Positions 39,753-50,754 are shown, counted from the first letter of the stretch. The stretch: DNA of 64,000 bases from an uncultured Gammaproteobacteria bacterium (GCA_902559355.1 CACEHM010000005.1:11755-75754); one strand, 5' to 3'. Notes: generated from the letters alone by a model not told the origin. Numbers and translations: made by a program.

Positions 39753-41087
39753 ATGTCAAATATCAAATACACATTATGTCTTAAAAATGGACAGGTTATG
39801 ATTAACGACTCACTATGTTCAACAAATGTTTATATTTTGGATGGCAGAATATCAGTTATATCAGATAATAATTTTGATTCTGAGAAAACAATTGATTGCA
39901 CCAACTTAACAGTTCTTCCAGGTGTAATCGATTCACAAGTTCACTTTAGGGAACCAGGACTTGAAGGAAAAGAAACTCTAGAATCAGGCATGCTAGCTGC
40001 AGCATCAGGAGGCGTTACTTCTATATTTGAAATGCCCAATACGAATCCATTGACTATTACACCAGAGACCATCGAAGATAAATTAAATCGTGCCAGCAAA
40101 GGAGCTTGGACTGATTATGCTTTTTATTTAGGAGGTACAATGAGAACTTCTTCTAGTCTTGGTGTTTGGGAAAATTTGAAAGGTGTTTGTGGTATTAAAA
40201 TATTTATGGGCGCAAGTACAGGAGATTTAGTTACCGCAACTGATGAAGAAGTTGAATCCGTTGTTTCAAACGGTCGCCGAGTGATAGCTGTTCATGCTGA
40301 GGATCAGATGATTATGGATCAGAATCAAAATAGCATTCTTGGTAATAGTCAGGATGTTGGTATGCACTGCAAATGGCGTTCGCCAGAAAGTTGTTTATCA
40401 GCAACCATGCGTGTAGTTAGCCTTGCACGTAAACATAACAGAAGAGTTCATATTCTTCACATTACTACAGAGCAAGAAATGGAGTTTCTATCAAAGAACA
40501 AAGATGTTGCAAGTGTTGAACTACTGGCAAATCATCTAACATTACATGCTCCTGAGTGCTATGAAAGACTTGGAACTCTAGCACAACAAAACCCTCCTAT
40601 TCGAGAGCGAAAACATCAAGATGCATTGTGGGCTGCATTAAATTCAGGTATTGTAGATATTGTTGCATCTGATCATGCTCCACATACCCTTGATGAAAAA
40701 TCTCAAACATATCCAAAATCTCCAAGCGGGACTCCTGGAGTTCAAACATTAGTTCCTATTATGCTTAATCATGTTAATAATGGAAAACTTACATTGTCAA
40801 AACTGGTTAGCTTATGGAGTTATGGACCCGAACGTATTCATAAGATTTTAAATAAAGGAAGAATCAAAGAAGGCTACGATGCAGATTTCACCATTGTAGA
40901 TATGAATAAGGAAATGGTTATTCAAAATAGTCAACAAAGATCAAAAAGTAAATGGACACCATATGACGGACTGAAAATCAAAGGTTGGGTAACTCATACT
41001 ATACTGAGAGGAAATTGTGTCATGCAAGACGACGAGATACTTTCTGAACCTTTGGGGCAAATGATTAAATTCAAAGAAACTATTTAG
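39753..41087 (+). CDS. pyrC: dihydroorotase (cyclic amidohydrolase family)
   Basis: PGVIDSQVHFREPG, EMPNT, KIFMG, HAED, NPPIR, SDHAPH. Confidence 0.82.
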   Translation: MSNIKYTLCLKNGQVMINDSLCSTNVYILDGRISVISDNNFDSEKTIDCTNLTVLPGVIDSQVHFREPGLEGKETLESGMLAAASGGVTSIFEMPNTNPLTITPETIEDKLNRASKGAWTDYAFYLGGTMRTSSSLGVWENLKGVCGIKIFMGASTGDLVTATDEEVESVVSNGRRVIAVHAEDQMIMDQNQNSILGNSQDVGMHCKWRSPESCLSATMRVVSLARKHNRRVHILHITTEQEMEFLSKNKDVASVELLANHLTLHAPECYERLGTLAQQNPPIRERKHQDALWAALNSGIVDIVASDHAPHTLDEKSQTYPKSPSGTPGVQTLVPIMLNHVNNGKLTLSKLVSLWSYGPERIHKILNKGRIKEGYDADFTIVDMNKEMVIQNSQQRSKSKWTPYDGLKIKGWVTHTILRGNCVMQDDEILSEPLGQMIKFKETI

Positions 41088-41097
41088 TTAGAATGAC

Positions 41098-41571
41098 ATG
41101 GATCAAAAATATCACTTGTTTTATGAACTTGCTTATAATCTAGCCCAAGTAGCATACGATAAAGATGAGGTTCCAGTTGGAGCTGTAATAATCAAAGATT
41201 CAACTTTTGAAGTTATTTCATCTAGTTATAATCAAATGAGACAAAACCGCTCATCTATAGATCATGCTGAAATGCTAGCTATAAAAATAGCGATGACTAG
41301 ATTAGATAATGAGAGATTAAACGGATGCAGTATGATTATTACACTAGAACCATGCCCAATGTGCGCTCAAGCAATAAGTTTTGCAAGATTATCTAACATT
41401 ATTTTTAGTACTGAGGATAAAAAAAGCGGAGGTGTACTTAATGGGCCGGTAATATATAATTCATCATCTTGTCATCATAAACCAAGTATAATTAGGATAA
41501 ATGATGAAGGTAGATCAAAAAAACTACTTAAAAAATTCTTTCAAAATAAGAGAAAAAATAAGGGAAATTAA
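41098..41571 (+). CDS. tadA: tRNA adenosine deaminase
   Basis: EVPVGAV, HAE, TLEPCPMC. Confidence 0.82.
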   Translation: MDQKYHLFYELAYNLAQVAYDKDEVPVGAVIIKDSTFEVISSSYNQMRQNRSSIDHAEMLAIKIAMTRLDNERLNGCSMIITLEPCPMCAQAISFARLSNIIFSTEDKKSGGVLNGPVIYNSSSCHHKPSIIRINDEGRSKKLLKKFFQNKRKNKGN

Positions 41572-41662
41572 TATTGTCAAGCTTGTACATCACCTTTTTT
41601 AAAGGTATCGTTAGCTCTGCTGTCAATAAGGGTACATTTATTGCAGTGTATATCAAGAAACT

Positions 41663-44464
41663 ATGAGCGAATTCCTAAAAACCTTTGATAAGTTAAATGA
41701 TGCACAACTAAGATCTGCTGTTAAGACTCTTGGTAAATTACTTGGCAACATCATAAAAACTCATGCTGGCCATGATGTCTACATCGCTGTTGAGAAGCTT
41801 AGAAAAGGGTTCATTAATCTTCGAAAAGATAATAACCAACATAAACATGATCAATTAATTAGATATATTGAGAAATTAGATCCCAAGACATTGAAAAATG
41901 TAATTAGATCTTTCTCTAAATATTTTGCATTAGTCAATGTAGCTGAAGAGGCTTATCAACATATCAGTAGAACTGATCGATTAAAGAGTGGCTTTGATTC
42001 ATGGGAGGGATCTTTTGATCAAACATTAAGAGACTGCAATGCTTCAAATATAGATGATAGTAAGCTCCAAGAATTAATTGATTCTCTTCATTATGCTCCT
42101 GTATTTACTGCTCATCCAACAGAAGCAAAGAGAAGAAGTAAACTCGAAGCTATGAGAAGAATCTTTAATACTATTCTTGAACTTCAGAGATACAAAGGAC
42201 AGTCAATTAAACGTGAAGAATTAATTGAGGAGCTCCAAGCAGAAATTTTAATTTTATGGAGAACAGACGAAGTAAGACTCAAAAAACCTACAGTAATAGA
42301 TGAAGTTGAGAATGGTCTTTATTATTTTAGAACTTCTTTATTTAAGTCTATACCCGAAGTCTACAAAGATATGGAGAAGGCTATTAAAAGGGTTTACCAC
42401 ACAGATAATATTAAAGTTCCTAGTTTCATAAAATTTGGTTCATGGATTGGCGGTGATAGAGACGGCAACCCGTTTGTTACTCCTGACATAACCAGAGAAG
42501 CAGTTTATATGCATGCGGAAACTGCCATTCATGAGTATATGAGGAGAGCACAAAACTTATCAACTATACTTACTCACTCTCTAGAACTAACCCGACCATC
42601 AAATCAATTTTTAAAATCATCTAAAAGAGATGAGATTTATTTAACTAATGCTTTCAAAAATACTACCCAAGATTTTGCGAAAGAGCCATATAGAAGAAAA
42701 TTTAAAATTATTAGATACCGTCTTGATCAACGATTGAAGGTTATTAATCAATTAAAACATAACAATCAACCTCAAGCTGAACATGCATATGAGTCTGAGA
42801 AAGAGCTATTGGATGACTTATATGTAATAAGAGATTCACTTATTTCTGATAATGACTTGATACTTAGTGATTTTGGTCTAAATGATTTTATAAGATTAGT
42901 TGAAACATTTGGTTTCCACTTAGTTAATCTTGACATTCGAGAAGAGTCAACAAACCATACTAATGCGATTACTGATGTGCTGAATGTTTCACTACAAATT
43001 GATTATGCATCTATGGATGAAAAATCTAGAATAAATGAACTTGAAAAGTTTATTAAATCAGATATCAACTTGAATCAAGTTTATGACAAAATAAACGAAG
43101 CATCTAAGAAAGTTATTGATGTATTTACTGTAATGACTCGATTAAGAAATGAAATAAGTGTCAATGCTTTCGGTAATTATGTTATCTCAATGACTCATCA
43201 TGCAAGTCATGTCTTCGAAGTCTTAGCTTTAGCTAAGCTATGCGGTCTTGTAAATAACGTAAATGGAAAGCTCGAATCATCCATTCAGGTTACCCCTCTA
43301 TTTGAAACTATAGATGATTTAACTAGGATTGAAGAAATTCTCGAAGATTTATTTAGCAATAATACCTACAATAGTTTAATAGGACATTATAAAGATACTA
43401 AGCTTCAAGAAGTAATGCTTGGGTATTCTGACTCATGTAAAGATGGTGGTATTTTATCTTCTTCATGGAGTCTATACAAAGCACAGCTTCAAGTGCTAGA
43501 CATTTCTAAAAAGTATAAAATCGAATGCCGTCTCTTTCATGGAAGGGGTGGAACTGTTGGAAGAGGTGGAGGCCCAACTCATAATGCGATTCTGGCTCAG
43601 CCAAATGGGACAGTAAGGGGTATGATTAAAATTACAGAACAAGGTGAAGTACTATCATATAAATATGGACTTCCGCAATCTGCATCCTACGAATTAGAAC
43701 TTGCATTGAGCGGATTAATGAAAGCGAGTAAACATCTTGTTGTAGATGAAGCAATACCTATAAACAATTTTGAAGACATGATGGGTAATATGTCATTAAT
43801 GGGAGAGAAAAAATACAGAGATCTCACAGACGACAAGCCCGGGATAATGGATTATTTCTATGAAGCAACTCCAGTACAAGAGCTTGCTGAATTAAATATT
43901 GGTTCTAGACCTTCTCATAGGAAACAAACAAATCGATCTAAATATTCCATAAGAGCAATCCCATGGGTATTTGGATGGTCATTGTCACGCCATACATTAC
44001 CAGCATGGTACGGTCTTGGAACAGCCTTAAATAAAATTGTCTCTGAAAATCCGAGTAATATGGATAATCTAAAATCAATGTATACTGAATGGCCTTTTTT
44101 TAGTGTTCTTCTCGACAATATCCAAATGGCATTGTCAAAGTCCGATATTGGAATTGCTAAAGACTATGCGCAGCTTGTACAAAATAAAGAAGCAGCCAAA
44201 GATATCATTGCAGATATTGAGACTGAGTATAATGCAACTGTTGCTACATTATTAGAAATTGTTGGTTCAGATGAATTGCTTGCAGAAAATACCAAGTTAT
44301 CATTATCATTAAAAAGAAGACAACCATACTTAGACCCGCTTAATTACATACAGGTAATGCTACTTCAAAAACACAGAAAAATATCAGGCGAGGATACAGT
44401 TAATTTTGATCCTTTGCTAAGAACAATCCATGCAATTGCCATTGGCATGAAAAATACCGGTTAA
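41663..44464 (+). CDS. ppc: phosphoenolpyruvate carboxylase
   Basis: FTAHPTE, SWIGGDRDGNP, VMLGYSDSCKDGG, FHGRGGTVGRGG, RAIPW, GMKNTG. Confidence 0.97.
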   Translation: MSEFLKTFDKLNDAQLRSAVKTLGKLLGNIIKTHAGHDVYIAVEKLRKGFINLRKDNNQHKHDQLIRYIEKLDPKTLKNVIRSFSKYFALVNVAEEAYQHISRTDRLKSGFDSWEGSFDQTLRDCNASNIDDSKLQELIDSLHYAPVFTAHPTEAKRRSKLEAMRRIFNTILELQRYKGQSIKREELIEELQAEILILWRTDEVRLKKPTVIDEVENGLYYFRTSLFKSIPEVYKDMEKAIKRVYHTDNIKVPSFIKFGSWIGGDRDGNPFVTPDITREAVYMHAETAIHEYMRRAQNLSTILTHSLELTRPSNQFLKSSKRDEIYLTNAFKNTTQDFAKEPYRRKFKIIRYRLDQRLKVINQLKHNNQPQAEHAYESEKELLDDLYVIRDSLISDNDLILSDFGLNDFIRLVETFGFHLVNLDIREESTNHTNAITDVLNVSLQIDYASMDEKSRINELEKFIKSDINLNQVYDKINEASKKVIDVFTVMTRLRNEISVNAFGNYVISMTHHASHVFEVLALAKLCGLVNNVNGKLESSIQVTPLFETIDDLTRIEEILEDLFSNNTYNSLIGHYKDTKLQEVMLGYSDSCKDGGILSSSWSLYKAQLQVLDISKKYKIECRLFHGRGGTVGRGGGPTHNAILAQPNGTVRGMIKITEQGEVLSYKYGLPQSASYELELALSGLMKASKHLVVDEAIPINNFEDMMGNMSLMGEKKYRDLTDDKPGIMDYFYEATPVQELAELNIGSRPSHRKQTNRSKYSIRAIPWVFGWSLSRHTLPAWYGLGTALNKIVSENPSNMDNLKSMYTEWPFFSVLLDNIQMALSKSDIGIAKDYAQLVQNKEAAKDIIADIETEYNATVATLLEIVGSDELLAENTKLSLSLKRRQPYLDPLNYIQVMLLQKHRKISGEDTVNFDPLLRTIHAIAIGMKNTG

Positions 44465-44466
44465 TA

Positions 44467-44664
44467 ATGTCAAAAGTCCTAATTATATTAGGAGCTATTT
44501 TAATATTAATAGGCCTAATTTATCCATATCTTCACAGTTTAGGAATAGGACGTCTTCCTGGTGATATTGTAATTAAAAAAGATAATTTTAATCTCTATTT
44601 TCCAGTTACAAGTGCCATAATAATAAGTATCTTATTAACTATAGTTTTTAGGTTATTTAAATGA
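44467..44664 (+). CDS. DUF2905 family small membrane protein
   Basis: GRLPGDI...YFPVTS motif. Confidence 0.85.
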   Translation: MSKVLIILGAILILIGLIYPYLHSLGIGRLPGDIVIKKDNFNLYFPVTSAIIISILLTIVFRLFK

Positions 44665-44996
44665 GCGAAGAGACGAATCAACTAACAGATATGAATAGCG
44701 AATGCGGATCATCAGAGCCGTATGCATTACAAGTTACTGATAATAGTATGGAGCCAGAATTTCCTAAAGATTGTATTGTTATTGTTGATCCATCAGGGTC
44801 ATGTGTAGATGGACAGTATATATTTGTTGAATATGATGGTGTTAGATGGTTTAGAAGATTTAAAGAAATTGATGGAGAAAAATACCTTCTTGCAGTCAAT
44901 GATGAATACCCTGAAATAAAACTTGATAATTCATATGATGTTATTGGTATAATTGTCCAGAAAAACGTTAAAAGGGAAATTACACATTACAACTAA
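44661..44996 (+). CDS. stand-alone S24 peptidase-like domain protein (no HTH)
   Basis: ALQVTDNSMEP..IVIVDP, L.AVN..YP, VIGIIV; usual Lys position reads WFRRF. Confidence 0.75.
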   Translation: MSEETNQLTDMNSECGSSEPYALQVTDNSMEPEFPKDCIVIVDPSGSCVDGQYIFVEYDGVRWFRRFKEIDGEKYLLAVNDEYPEIKLDNSYDVIGIIVQKNVKREITHYN

Positions 44997-44997
44997 T

Positions 44998-45249
44998 ATG
45001 AAAAAAATAACAATTTACAGCACAAGAATTTGTCCTTACTGTGTGAGAGCAAAAAACTTCTTTAATAAAAAAAATCTCGAATACACAGAGATTATGATTG
45101 ATAGAGATCCAGAGCAAATGAAAGAAATGATGGAGAAATCTGGAAGACAGTCGGTCCCTCAAATATTTATAGGAGATTATCATGTGGGCGGCTTTGATGA
45201 TCTAATAGAACATGACATGGATGGAAAACTCGAAGGCTTGTTAGGTTAA
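44998..45249 (+). CDS. grxC: glutaredoxin 3
   Basis: CPYC, SVPQIFI, GGFDD; ATG at 44998. Confidence 0.93.
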   Translation: MKKITIYSTRICPYCVRAKNFFNKKNLEYTEIMIDRDPEQMKEMMEKSGRQSVPQIFIGDYHVGGFDDLIEHDMDGKLEGLLG

Positions 45250-45686
45250 TGGACTTAAGAGAGAACAGGGCCATGGAACTTGAAAGTGGTATTGCTGCTT
45301 TTGAAACTAAAAACTTTGCACACGCAACCAAGTTATTATCTCCCATAGCTGAAGAGGGTAATGTTGATGCCTTATACCGTATGGCTATAATGTTACAAAA
45401 TGGACTTGGTTGCTTAGCCAATGAGGATAAAGCATTTTCATATATGACAAAGGCAGCCGAAGATGGTCTGCCACTTGCAATGCATGCACTCGGATTCATG
45501 TACTTCGAGGGAGAGTGTACAGAAAAAGATTCAGATCTATGCATTAAATGGTTTGAACGTGCGGCAGCAAAAGGAATGATGGGTTCAGCAACCACACTAG
45601 GAATGATTTATGAAGATGGAAAAATAGTAAAACAAGATCTTGAAAAAGCTGAAGAATGGTATAAAAAAGCAGGCATTACAAAATAA
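45249..45686 (+). CDS. Sel1-like repeat protein
   Basis: Three SLRs (AMHALGFMYFEG, LGMIYEDG..QDLEKAEEWY). Confidence 0.85.
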   Translation: MDLRENRAMELESGIAAFETKNFAHATKLLSPIAEEGNVDALYRMAIMLQNGLGCLANEDKAFSYMTKAAEDGLPLAMHALGFMYFEGECTEKDSDLCIKWFERAAAKGMMGSATTLGMIYEDGKIVKQDLEKAEEWYKKAGITK

Positions 45687-45691
45687 GCCTC

Positions 45692-47095
45692 ATGAAATAT
45701 TTCCCCTTCTTCTTACAATTGAATAAGCTACCATGTTTAATAATTGGAGGCGGATCAGTTGCAGAGAGGAAATTAGATCTTCTAGTAAAAGCTAATGCAG
45801 ACATAACCATTGTATCCATTGAATTTACAGATTACATACTTGAACTGTCAAAGACGAATAATATTAAGTGTGTTACCAAAGAATACTCACAAAAATTATT
45901 AGAAGAAAAAAGATATAAATTTGTAATTGCTGCAACTAATAATGTAACTTTAAATGAACAAGTAGCAAAAGATTGCGACAATCATAATATTCTCATTAAT
46001 GTTGTCGATCAGCCTAATATATGTGATTTTATATTCCCGTCAATTTTAGAAAGAGGAGATATAACTGTTGCTGTCTCAACAGGAGGAGCATCTCCGGTAC
46101 TTGCCAGGATGCTTAGAACAAAGTTAGAAACTATGGTTCCATCAAACTATGGAAAACTAGCAGCAATAGTATCCGCAAATAGGATTAAAGTTAGAGATAA
46201 AATGAAAAAATTCTCATCTAATAAAATATTCTGGGAACAAATGCTTAATGGTAAATTCTTTGAATTAGTTTTATCTGGAAGAAATGAGGAAGCTGAACTA
46301 TTCCTTGATGAGCAAATTGAAAATTTTAATGAGGATATTGCGAATCAAGGTGAGGTCTATTTAGTCGGGGCAGGTCCAGGTGATCCAGATTTACTAACAT
46401 TTAAAGCTCTACGATTAATGCAACAAGCAGATATTGCCTTATATGATAGGTTAGTACACCCATCGATAGTAGATCTAATTAGACGTGATGCCACTAAAAT
46501 ATATGTTGGTAAAGAACGAGATAATCATGTGGTTCGCCAAGAGGAAATTAATCATTTACTCGTGAAGTACGCTAAAGAAGGCAAAAAAGTTCTTCGACTT
46601 AAAGGCGGGGATCCTTTTATCTTTGGACGAGGAGGTGAGGAGATTGAAACCCTAGCAGAAGAGAAAATTTCATTTCAAGTTGTACCAGGTATTACAAGTG
46701 CAAGTGGATGCTCGGCATACAGTGGAATACCTTTAACTCATAGAGATTACGCTCAAAGTTGTATTTTTGTAACAGGCCATCTTAAAGAGGGAAAGCTTGA
46801 CTTAGATTGGGAAAAACTAGTACAACCTAATCAGACAATTGTTTTTTATATGGGTCTTGTATCAATTAACATAATTTGTAATGAATTAATTAACAATGGA
46901 ATGGATAAAGAAACTCCATGTGCATTAGTTCAACAAGGTACAACCAATACTCAAAAAGAATACATATCAGTATTAAAGGATATGCCGGCATTAGTTGAAG
47001 CAAAGAGACCTAAAGCACCAACAATATTCATTATTGGTGGAGTGGTATCGCTAAGAGATAAGTTAAAGTGGTATACGACTAACGCTGAAGGTTAA
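45692..47095 (+). CDS. cysG: multifunctional siroheme synthase
   Basis: GGGSVAERK, NVVDQP, STGGASP, then VGAGPGDPDLLT, RLKGGDP..FGRGGEE. Confidence 0.96.
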   Translation: MKYFPFFLQLNKLPCLIIGGGSVAERKLDLLVKANADITIVSIEFTDYILELSKTNNIKCVTKEYSQKLLEEKRYKFVIAATNNVTLNEQVAKDCDNHNILINVVDQPNICDFIFPSILERGDITVAVSTGGASPVLARMLRTKLETMVPSNYGKLAAIVSANRIKVRDKMKKFSSNKIFWEQMLNGKFFELVLSGRNEEAELFLDEQIENFNEDIANQGEVYLVGAGPGDPDLLTFKALRLMQQADIALYDRLVHPSIVDLIRRDATKIYVGKERDNHVVRQEEINHLLVKYAKEGKKVLRLKGGDPFIFGRGGEEIETLAEEKISFQVVPGITSASGCSAYSGIPLTHRDYAQSCIFVTGHLKEGKLDLDWEKLVQPNQTIVFYMGLVSINIICNELINNGMDKETPCALVQQGTTNTQKEYISVLKDMPALVEAKRPKAPTIFIIGGVVSLRDKLKWYTTNAEG

Positions 47096-47639
47096 AGTTT
47101 ATCGGTATTCTTAAATCTATACTCTTCTTGCCTATTGAATCTGGTATTGGGGGAAATGGAGAGGATTTAAGGACAATTTTCTGAGCTTCTCTATCAAGTA
47201 ATCTATAGCCAGATGAAGACACCGACAAATTAGTTACCGCACCATTTTGCAATATTGTAAATTCCACAACTGGTGTGCCTTCTTGACGTCTTTGCAAAGA
47301 TAAAAGTGGATACTTCTTGTTTGAGTCAAGAATATTTCTAATAACACCATAATAGGATTGATATATTTTTTCAGCTTTATCCCCTTGTATCCTATTATCA
47401 AATATAGCTTGCTGTTCTTGCTCAATTTCTTTTAAAATTTCTTTTTCTTCACTTAAAACTGATTCGTCTTCTTGAATATCATCAGTTTTATCTTGTATCA
47501 ATACCATTTGAATTTGCATACCTTGTTCACCAATCTGACTTATATCTTGTTTCATATACGTACTTTTAAAAGATATGAAAAATAGCATGTGTATGACTAA
47601 TGATATAAGTATGTATTTATTTAATTGATCAGTTTGCAT
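47079..47639 (-). CDS. tonB: energy transducer TonB
   Basis: N-terminal TM with S..H, C-terminal YP....RRQEG, SSG..LLD; likely ATG 47639. Confidence 0.82.
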   Translation of the reverse strand: MQTDQLNKYILISLVIHMLFFISFKSTYMKQDISQIGEQGMQIQMVLIQDKTDDIQEDESVLSEEKEILKEIEQEQQAIFDNRIQGDKAEKIYQSYYGVIRNILDSNKKYPLLSLQRRQEGTPVVEFTILQNGAVTNLSVSSSGYRLLDREAQKIVLKSSPFPPIPDSIGKKSIDLRIPINFNLQR

Positions 47640-48027
47640 TTCTATTAGATAAAAGTTTAATATTTTTAATATTATTTTCATGAAGTTTAGTCAAAAGTAT
47701 ATTTACATCATTTATATACAATGATTTATCAGCAATGATTACGACTTCATTAATTTTATTTGATTTTAAGTAAGCACTTATTTCGCTAATATTTGTAATT
47801 TTATTATTAATAGAAAAAATATTGCTTTTATTAATAAATATCTTTGTTACTTCTTTATTTTCAAATCTATTAAGCTCAGCACTTGGAAGATCTATATCAT
47901 CTTTGACAATTCTCTTTTCAATAACACCAGCAATCATAAAAAAAATAAGTAGTAGGAATATTATATTTACCAAAGGCAATAAACCATCATCATCGTATTC
48001 TCTTTTTTTTCTAGTTACTAATTTCAT
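47629..48027 (-). CDS. exbD: biopolymer transporter ExbD
   Basis: LLPLVNIIFLLLIFFM, IADK; Asn in place of the conserved TM Asp. Confidence 0.85.
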   Translation of the reverse strand: MKLVTRKKREYDDDGLLPLVNIIFLLLIFFMIAGVIEKRIVKDDIDLPSAELNRFENKEVTKIFINKSNIFSINNKITNISEISAYLKSNKINEVVIIADKSLYINDVNILLTKLHENNIKNIKLLSNRNAN

Positions 48028-48397
48028 TTTTTTTTAAACCTATGCTTACATTGTTTAATTCATTTGTTTTGAGATAACTTATAAGATTTAAAAATCTTTG
48101 ATAAGTCACATCATCTTTTGATGTAAGTATGATTGAGTATTTAGCTGCATCTTTTATAGCAATGTTAAGCATATTTAATAGCTCGTTATCATCGTATACC
48201 TTTCCCTCGCTAAGAACTGTTTGGTCTTGTCTTACTAATAATTTGATAATTTTAATATCTTCTTTACTCGACGTTGTAGATTCCTTGGTCATATCCATAT
48301 TTATTTCACCCACTTTATTGAAGTTTGAGGCAAGCATAAAAAATATTAATAAGATGAACACAACATCTATTACTGGCGTTAGGCTAATTCTTGTCAT
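48011..48397 (-). CDS. exbD: biopolymer transporter ExbD
   Basis: SLTPVIDVVFILLIFFM. Confidence 0.87.
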   Translation of the reverse strand: MTRISLTPVIDVVFILLIFFMLASNFNKVGEINMDMTKESTTSSKEDIKIIKLLVRQDQTVLSEGKVYDDNELLNMLNIAIKDAAKYSIILTSKDDVTYQRFLNLISYLKTNELNNVSIGLKKNEISN

Positions 48398-48482
48398 TTG
48401 AATACTGTAAATGAAATTTGTCTCATTTTAAAATATATTACTAAAAATCACCTTTTGATCAGTGGAAGTGCACTAATATTGT

Positions 48483-48524
48483 GAAAATAATAATTATTAT
48501 CTCTTGCAAATGAGAATCATTCTC
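48483..48524. promoter_or_regulatory. two Fur boxes
   Basis: GAAAATAATAATTATTATC (48483-48501) and GCAAATGAGAATCATTCTC (48506-48524) versus consensus GATAATGATAATCATTATC. Confidence 0.8.
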
Positions 48525-48564
48525 AATATAATACTCCCAATTAATTTAAATTAATGGGAAAAAT

Positions 48565-50754
48565 ATGAAAAAAACAGCCATTCTTATTGCTTTTTTAAGC
48601 AGTAATGCATTTGCAGATGACCTTGCACCATTGAGTATTTTTGGTGGGCAATCGGAATCTGAAATTGCTGGTTCAGCTACCTATATAGGTGATGATGAAC
48701 TGAAAAAGTCCGGCTATACAGATACTGAAAGGATAATGGGTCGTGTACCTGGTGTCTTCTCACAAACTGAAGATGGTCTCGGACTCAGAACAAACATTGG
48801 TATGAGAGGAGCTAATCCAAACCGTACTACAAAAATAAATGTCACTGAAGATGGAATATTGCAGGGACCTGCAGTTTATTCTAACTCTTCAATGTATTTC
48901 TACCCAGATGCTGGTGATGCCGAAGGCATTGAAGTTCTGAAAGGTGCTACTGCCATAGGTAACGGACCAAGAACTACATCTGGTGCTATTAACTATATAT
49001 CTAGATCTGTTCCTACAGAGGGAACTAAAGGATATTTCAACCAAACTTTCGGTGACGAAGGTTACTTGAGAAACCATGCATACTATGGAGCAGCTATGGG
49101 CAACTTGTCTTTCGTTGTTGAAAGTCATAAAACTGCTTATGATGGTCATAAAGAAATAGATGCAGGTGCTGGTAACGATACTAATTCTGGGTTTAGAAAA
49201 AATTCAGATTTATTCAAAATCAGATACACTATGCCAAGTTCTTATATGGAATTCTCAAGTCAGAATACTTCTGAAACATCACATGCTTCATACATTGGTT
49301 TGACAAGAGCTGATTTTGCTGCAAATGAAAACAGAAGATATTCAATTTCATCTAAAGATAAAATGGATAACGATTATCACAGATATATCTTTACATATGG
49401 AATGGATTTAAGTCCTACATCAAATCTTACAGCTAAAATCTATAAAGCTAAATATAGCCGTAATTGGAAAAAAGTTGGTGAGATGACAGTTGATGATGAT
49501 GGAAGTGCAGGAGGTAGTACATCTACTGTGAAAATGTCAGCTATTGACTGGACAACTAACTGTGCTGCGGATTCTACAACTGAACTCAGAGCTTGTAACA
49601 TTGTTACTAATGCAACAGCAATGATAACTGGTGAATCTATCAAACGTTCACTTGGTCATAGAGACTATGGTATGTATGGGTATGACATGCGCTACAACAC
49701 AATTATGGGCGCACATGATATAACTATCGGATTTAGAAGTCACAGAGATTACCGTGACAGACATGATTCAGGTATATCAGAAACATATACATTAGGTTCA
49801 AACAATACTATGGCTTTAACAGCATCTGACTATGTTGGTACTGGTGGTAATGATGATTTTGCTAGCGCTGAATCATTCAGTATCATTGATCGTATTTCAC
49901 ATGGCAACTTAGTTACAACTCTAGGTCTTCGTTACGAAGATGTAGAATACTGGGAATCTACTGACGGAACTGCTGGAACACCACGTGAAAACAGCGAAAC
50001 AATGATCGCTGCTAGTACTGTTTATAACATGGGCAATGGTAAATCTGTTTTTGCAGGATACAGCCAAGGTTATATGCCTACAGGTGTAAGTTCTGCTCTT
50101 CCAGAAGAATCAGATAACTATGAAGTTGGATATCGTTCTATTAGTGCTAATAGTCATATGGAGATTGTTGGTTTCTATACAGATTACGAAAACCTAAATG
50201 AAACATGTAACATAGCAGCGGGTTGTGCTGACGCATCACAAGATCAAAAAAGTGCTGGTGAAGCTCATGCACAAGGTATTGAATTCTTATACAGAGTAAA
50301 TAACTTATTTGCAGCTCCCCAAATGAAAGGTGCAGCAAATACAGGATCTGGCGTGAGATACCCAATGATTCTTGCTGTAACATTGCAAGAAGCTGAGCAT
50401 GATGTCACAACAGATACGAGTTTCCAAGATGGTGCGAGAATTAAGTACACACCTGAAGAAATCTATTATCTATCCCTTGGTATGGAGACAAATTCATGGG
50501 ATATGAATATATCAGCAAAATACAATGATGAAGTTATGAATACAGGTAAAAGTACTGCAGTGAAAACTGAAAGCGCTTGGATTTATGATTTCAGAAGTGG
50601 TATGAGCTTAGATGGAATGGGCATGCAAGGTGCACGTGCATTCTTAAATGTAGACAACTTATTTGATAAATCTTATATCGCGTCTGCACATAACTATGGA
50701 GTTAGACCTAACAAGCCACAAACTGTTATGGCTGGTGTATCGTTTGACTTCTAA
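48565..50754 (+). CDS. TonB-dependent receptor, FecA-like (iron uptake)
   Basis: Signal peptide, VPGV..EDG.GLR.NIGMRG, IEVLKG, NVDNLFDK.Y, C-terminal Phe; Fur boxes upstream. Confidence 0.88.
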   Translation: MKKTAILIAFLSSNAFADDLAPLSIFGGQSESEIAGSATYIGDDELKKSGYTDTERIMGRVPGVFSQTEDGLGLRTNIGMRGANPNRTTKINVTEDGILQGPAVYSNSSMYFYPDAGDAEGIEVLKGATAIGNGPRTTSGAINYISRSVPTEGTKGYFNQTFGDEGYLRNHAYYGAAMGNLSFVVESHKTAYDGHKEIDAGAGNDTNSGFRKNSDLFKIRYTMPSSYMEFSSQNTSETSHASYIGLTRADFAANENRRYSISSKDKMDNDYHRYIFTYGMDLSPTSNLTAKIYKAKYSRNWKKVGEMTVDDDGSAGGSTSTVKMSAIDWTTNCAADSTTELRACNIVTNATAMITGESIKRSLGHRDYGMYGYDMRYNTIMGAHDITIGFRSHRDYRDRHDSGISETYTLGSNNTMALTASDYVGTGGNDDFASAESFSIIDRISHGNLVTTLGLRYEDVEYWESTDGTAGTPRENSETMIAASTVYNMGNGKSVFAGYSQGYMPTGVSSALPEESDNYEVGYRSISANSHMEIVGFYTDYENLNETCNIAAGCADASQDQKSAGEAHAQGIEFLYRVNNLFAAPQMKGAANTGSGVRYPMILAVTLQEAEHDVTTDTSFQDGARIKYTPEEIYYLSLGMETNSWDMNISAKYNDEVMNTGKSTAVKTESAWIYDFRSGMSLDGMGMQGARAFLNVDNLFDKSYIASAHNYGVRPNKPQTVMAGVSFDF

